Below, in pieces: positions 24,089-24,940 of a DNA stretch of 24,940 bases. This DNA comes from a virus. The DNA is taken from positions 88,534 to 113,473 of IMG/VR virus record IMGVR_UViG_3300043811_000163, one strand, 5' to 3'. Position 1 is the first letter of the stretch. Every line of letters begins with the position of its first letter. Below the pieces are notes generated by a model that was given only the letters and a program-made list of their open reading frames with translations, did no database searches and was not told the origin of the DNA. A program made the position numbers and the translations under genes.

Positions 24089-24298
24089 TTACAGCTTGAT
24101 CTCTTTGCCGACAGCCTTAGACAGAGGTATTTTGAGCATCAAAGCCAGCGAGGCGAATACGCGACTTGCGTTGTACTCAGACATAAAAATACCATGGCGT
24201 ACACCGTCGGTCACGACCTCCAAAAGGAACCCGTCTGCGTCACTGCGACGCAAACTGACTTCGCCATCGCTAGGCTTTCGTTCGGCTTGCTTGAACAT
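24089..24298 (-). CDS. hypothetical protein
   Basis: GAGGG RBS; between motif copies. Confidence 0.6.
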   Translation of the reverse strand: MFKQAERKPSDGEVSLRRSDADGFLLEVVTDGVRHGIFMSEYNASRVFASLALMLKIPLSKAVGKEIKL

Positions 24299-24350
24299 TG
24301 TTCACCCTCTTTCGCCTCGAGAAGCGCGCAGTGTTTCGCGCGGTTGTTGA

Positions 24351-24569
24351 CTACCATCCCCTCGTCATCGGATCGTTATTGAGTAATTCACCAGGATATG
24401 TAAGCTCACTATTGAGCTGATCCAGGTGGATCGATATACGCGACATCTGGTTAGGCCACTTCGTCATAATAACGTCCAATATCCCCCACATCCGCCATGA
24501 TTCGAATACAACCCACCACGTTGGGTTGTAGCGCATGTGCTCTAAGTAGAAGCGACCCCACGGACTCAT
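24351..24569 (-). CDS. hypothetical protein (lower GC)
   Basis: AAGGA RBS; between motif copies. Confidence 0.5.
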   Translation of the reverse strand: MSPWGRFYLEHMRYNPTWWVVFESWRMWGILDVIMTKWPNQMSRISIHLDQLNSELTYPGELLNNDPMTRGW

Positions 24570-24608
24570 TGTTCGTCCTTTTTACTCCGGGAAGCGCGCA
24601 ATGTTACT

Positions 24609-24803
24609 TCACGGCAACATCCGCGCCTGTAGTACCTCGATGCACCGGAGCGCATCGTTCTTTGCATCGTGCGACGCCTTTGCGCTGGCGACGAATGTGA
24701 TCAGGCGGACGAAGATCGCCCTCACCTCGTCGTCGCTCCCAGATTGCGCGGCGAAGTCGGCCCCCGACTGCTCCGTTCGCCCAAGTCCCTCTGTCCCGCT
24801 CAT
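24609..24803 (-). CDS. hypothetical protein
   Basis: AAGGAG RBS, ATG 24803; between motif copies. Confidence 0.55.
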   Translation of the reverse strand: MSGTEGLGRTEQSGADFAAQSGSDDEVRAIFVRLITFVASAKASHDAKNDALRCIEVLQARMLP

Positions 24804-24813
24804 TCGAACTCCT

Positions 24814-24940
24814 TTCGCGCGCAGTGTGTCGCGCGTTACTCTCCCAATCGAACCGACAGCATCGTACGAACCATGTCGAGCACGTTTCCGGCGCAGACTG
24901 TCGGTTCCATGTCGACTCCCGCGGCGCGTGCGACCCAAGG
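24814..24940. repeat. 127-bp exact direct repeat, copy 2 (runs off the window)
   Basis: identical to 22311-22437; contains the 3' end of a second copy of the 22333-22590 gene. Confidence 0.9.

Larger units (their letters stand above)
20967..24826. repeat. dispersed intergenic motif GCGCGCAGTG (10 copies)
   Basis: copies start at 20967, 21459, 21899, 22314, 22613 (..GTT), 23143, 24060, 24324, 24594 (..ATG), 24817, each between minus-strand genes. Confidence 0.85.

Noticed and set aside
22920-24099. Plus-strand ORFs with RGRRP or AREVG repeats
   Set aside because: Antisense shadows of the pentapeptide-repeat gene; the 15-bp DNA repeat is explained by its coding
1-24940. Host assignment and integrase/att sites
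   Set aside because: No integrase or diagnostic host gene in the window; high GC alone is insufficient

Overview
GC-rich tailed-phage or prophage segment. Left arm (+ strand): a putative terminase small subunit, a clear terminase large subunit, many short hypothetical genes and an ARC/Mpa-like AAA+ ATPase. It also carries a stand-alone Cas7/RAMP-like gene (5441-6286) followed by a ~930-bp non-coding array of 18 GGCAGG-anchored units built from G-initiated pentamers. A three-unit orphan copy of that array sits between the two terminase genes. This resembles a non-CRISPR, RNA-guided VIPR-like system. Centre (+ strand, 12.4-19.4 kb): 38 hand-folded tRNA genes covering all 20 amino acids, a Ro60/TROVE gene with three Y-RNA-like elements (one apparently permuted into a tRNA scaffold), two HNH genes and an S24/S26-like peptidase. 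Two of the tRNA blocks are preceded by short leader ORFs missed by the ORF track. One is a 43-aa peptide using all 20 amino acids and sits over a terminator/antiterminator switch. The other is a 17-aa peptide using all six Leu and both Gln codons, directly ahead of the Leu/Gln tRNAs. Together they suggest codon-sensing control of a backup tRNA pool. Right arm (- strand): a gp7/gpF head morphogenesis gene, a pentapeptide-repeat gene and small genes separated by 10 copies of a GCGCGCAGTG motif, with a 127-bp exact duplication. All calls come from reading the sequence by eye; no searches were run.
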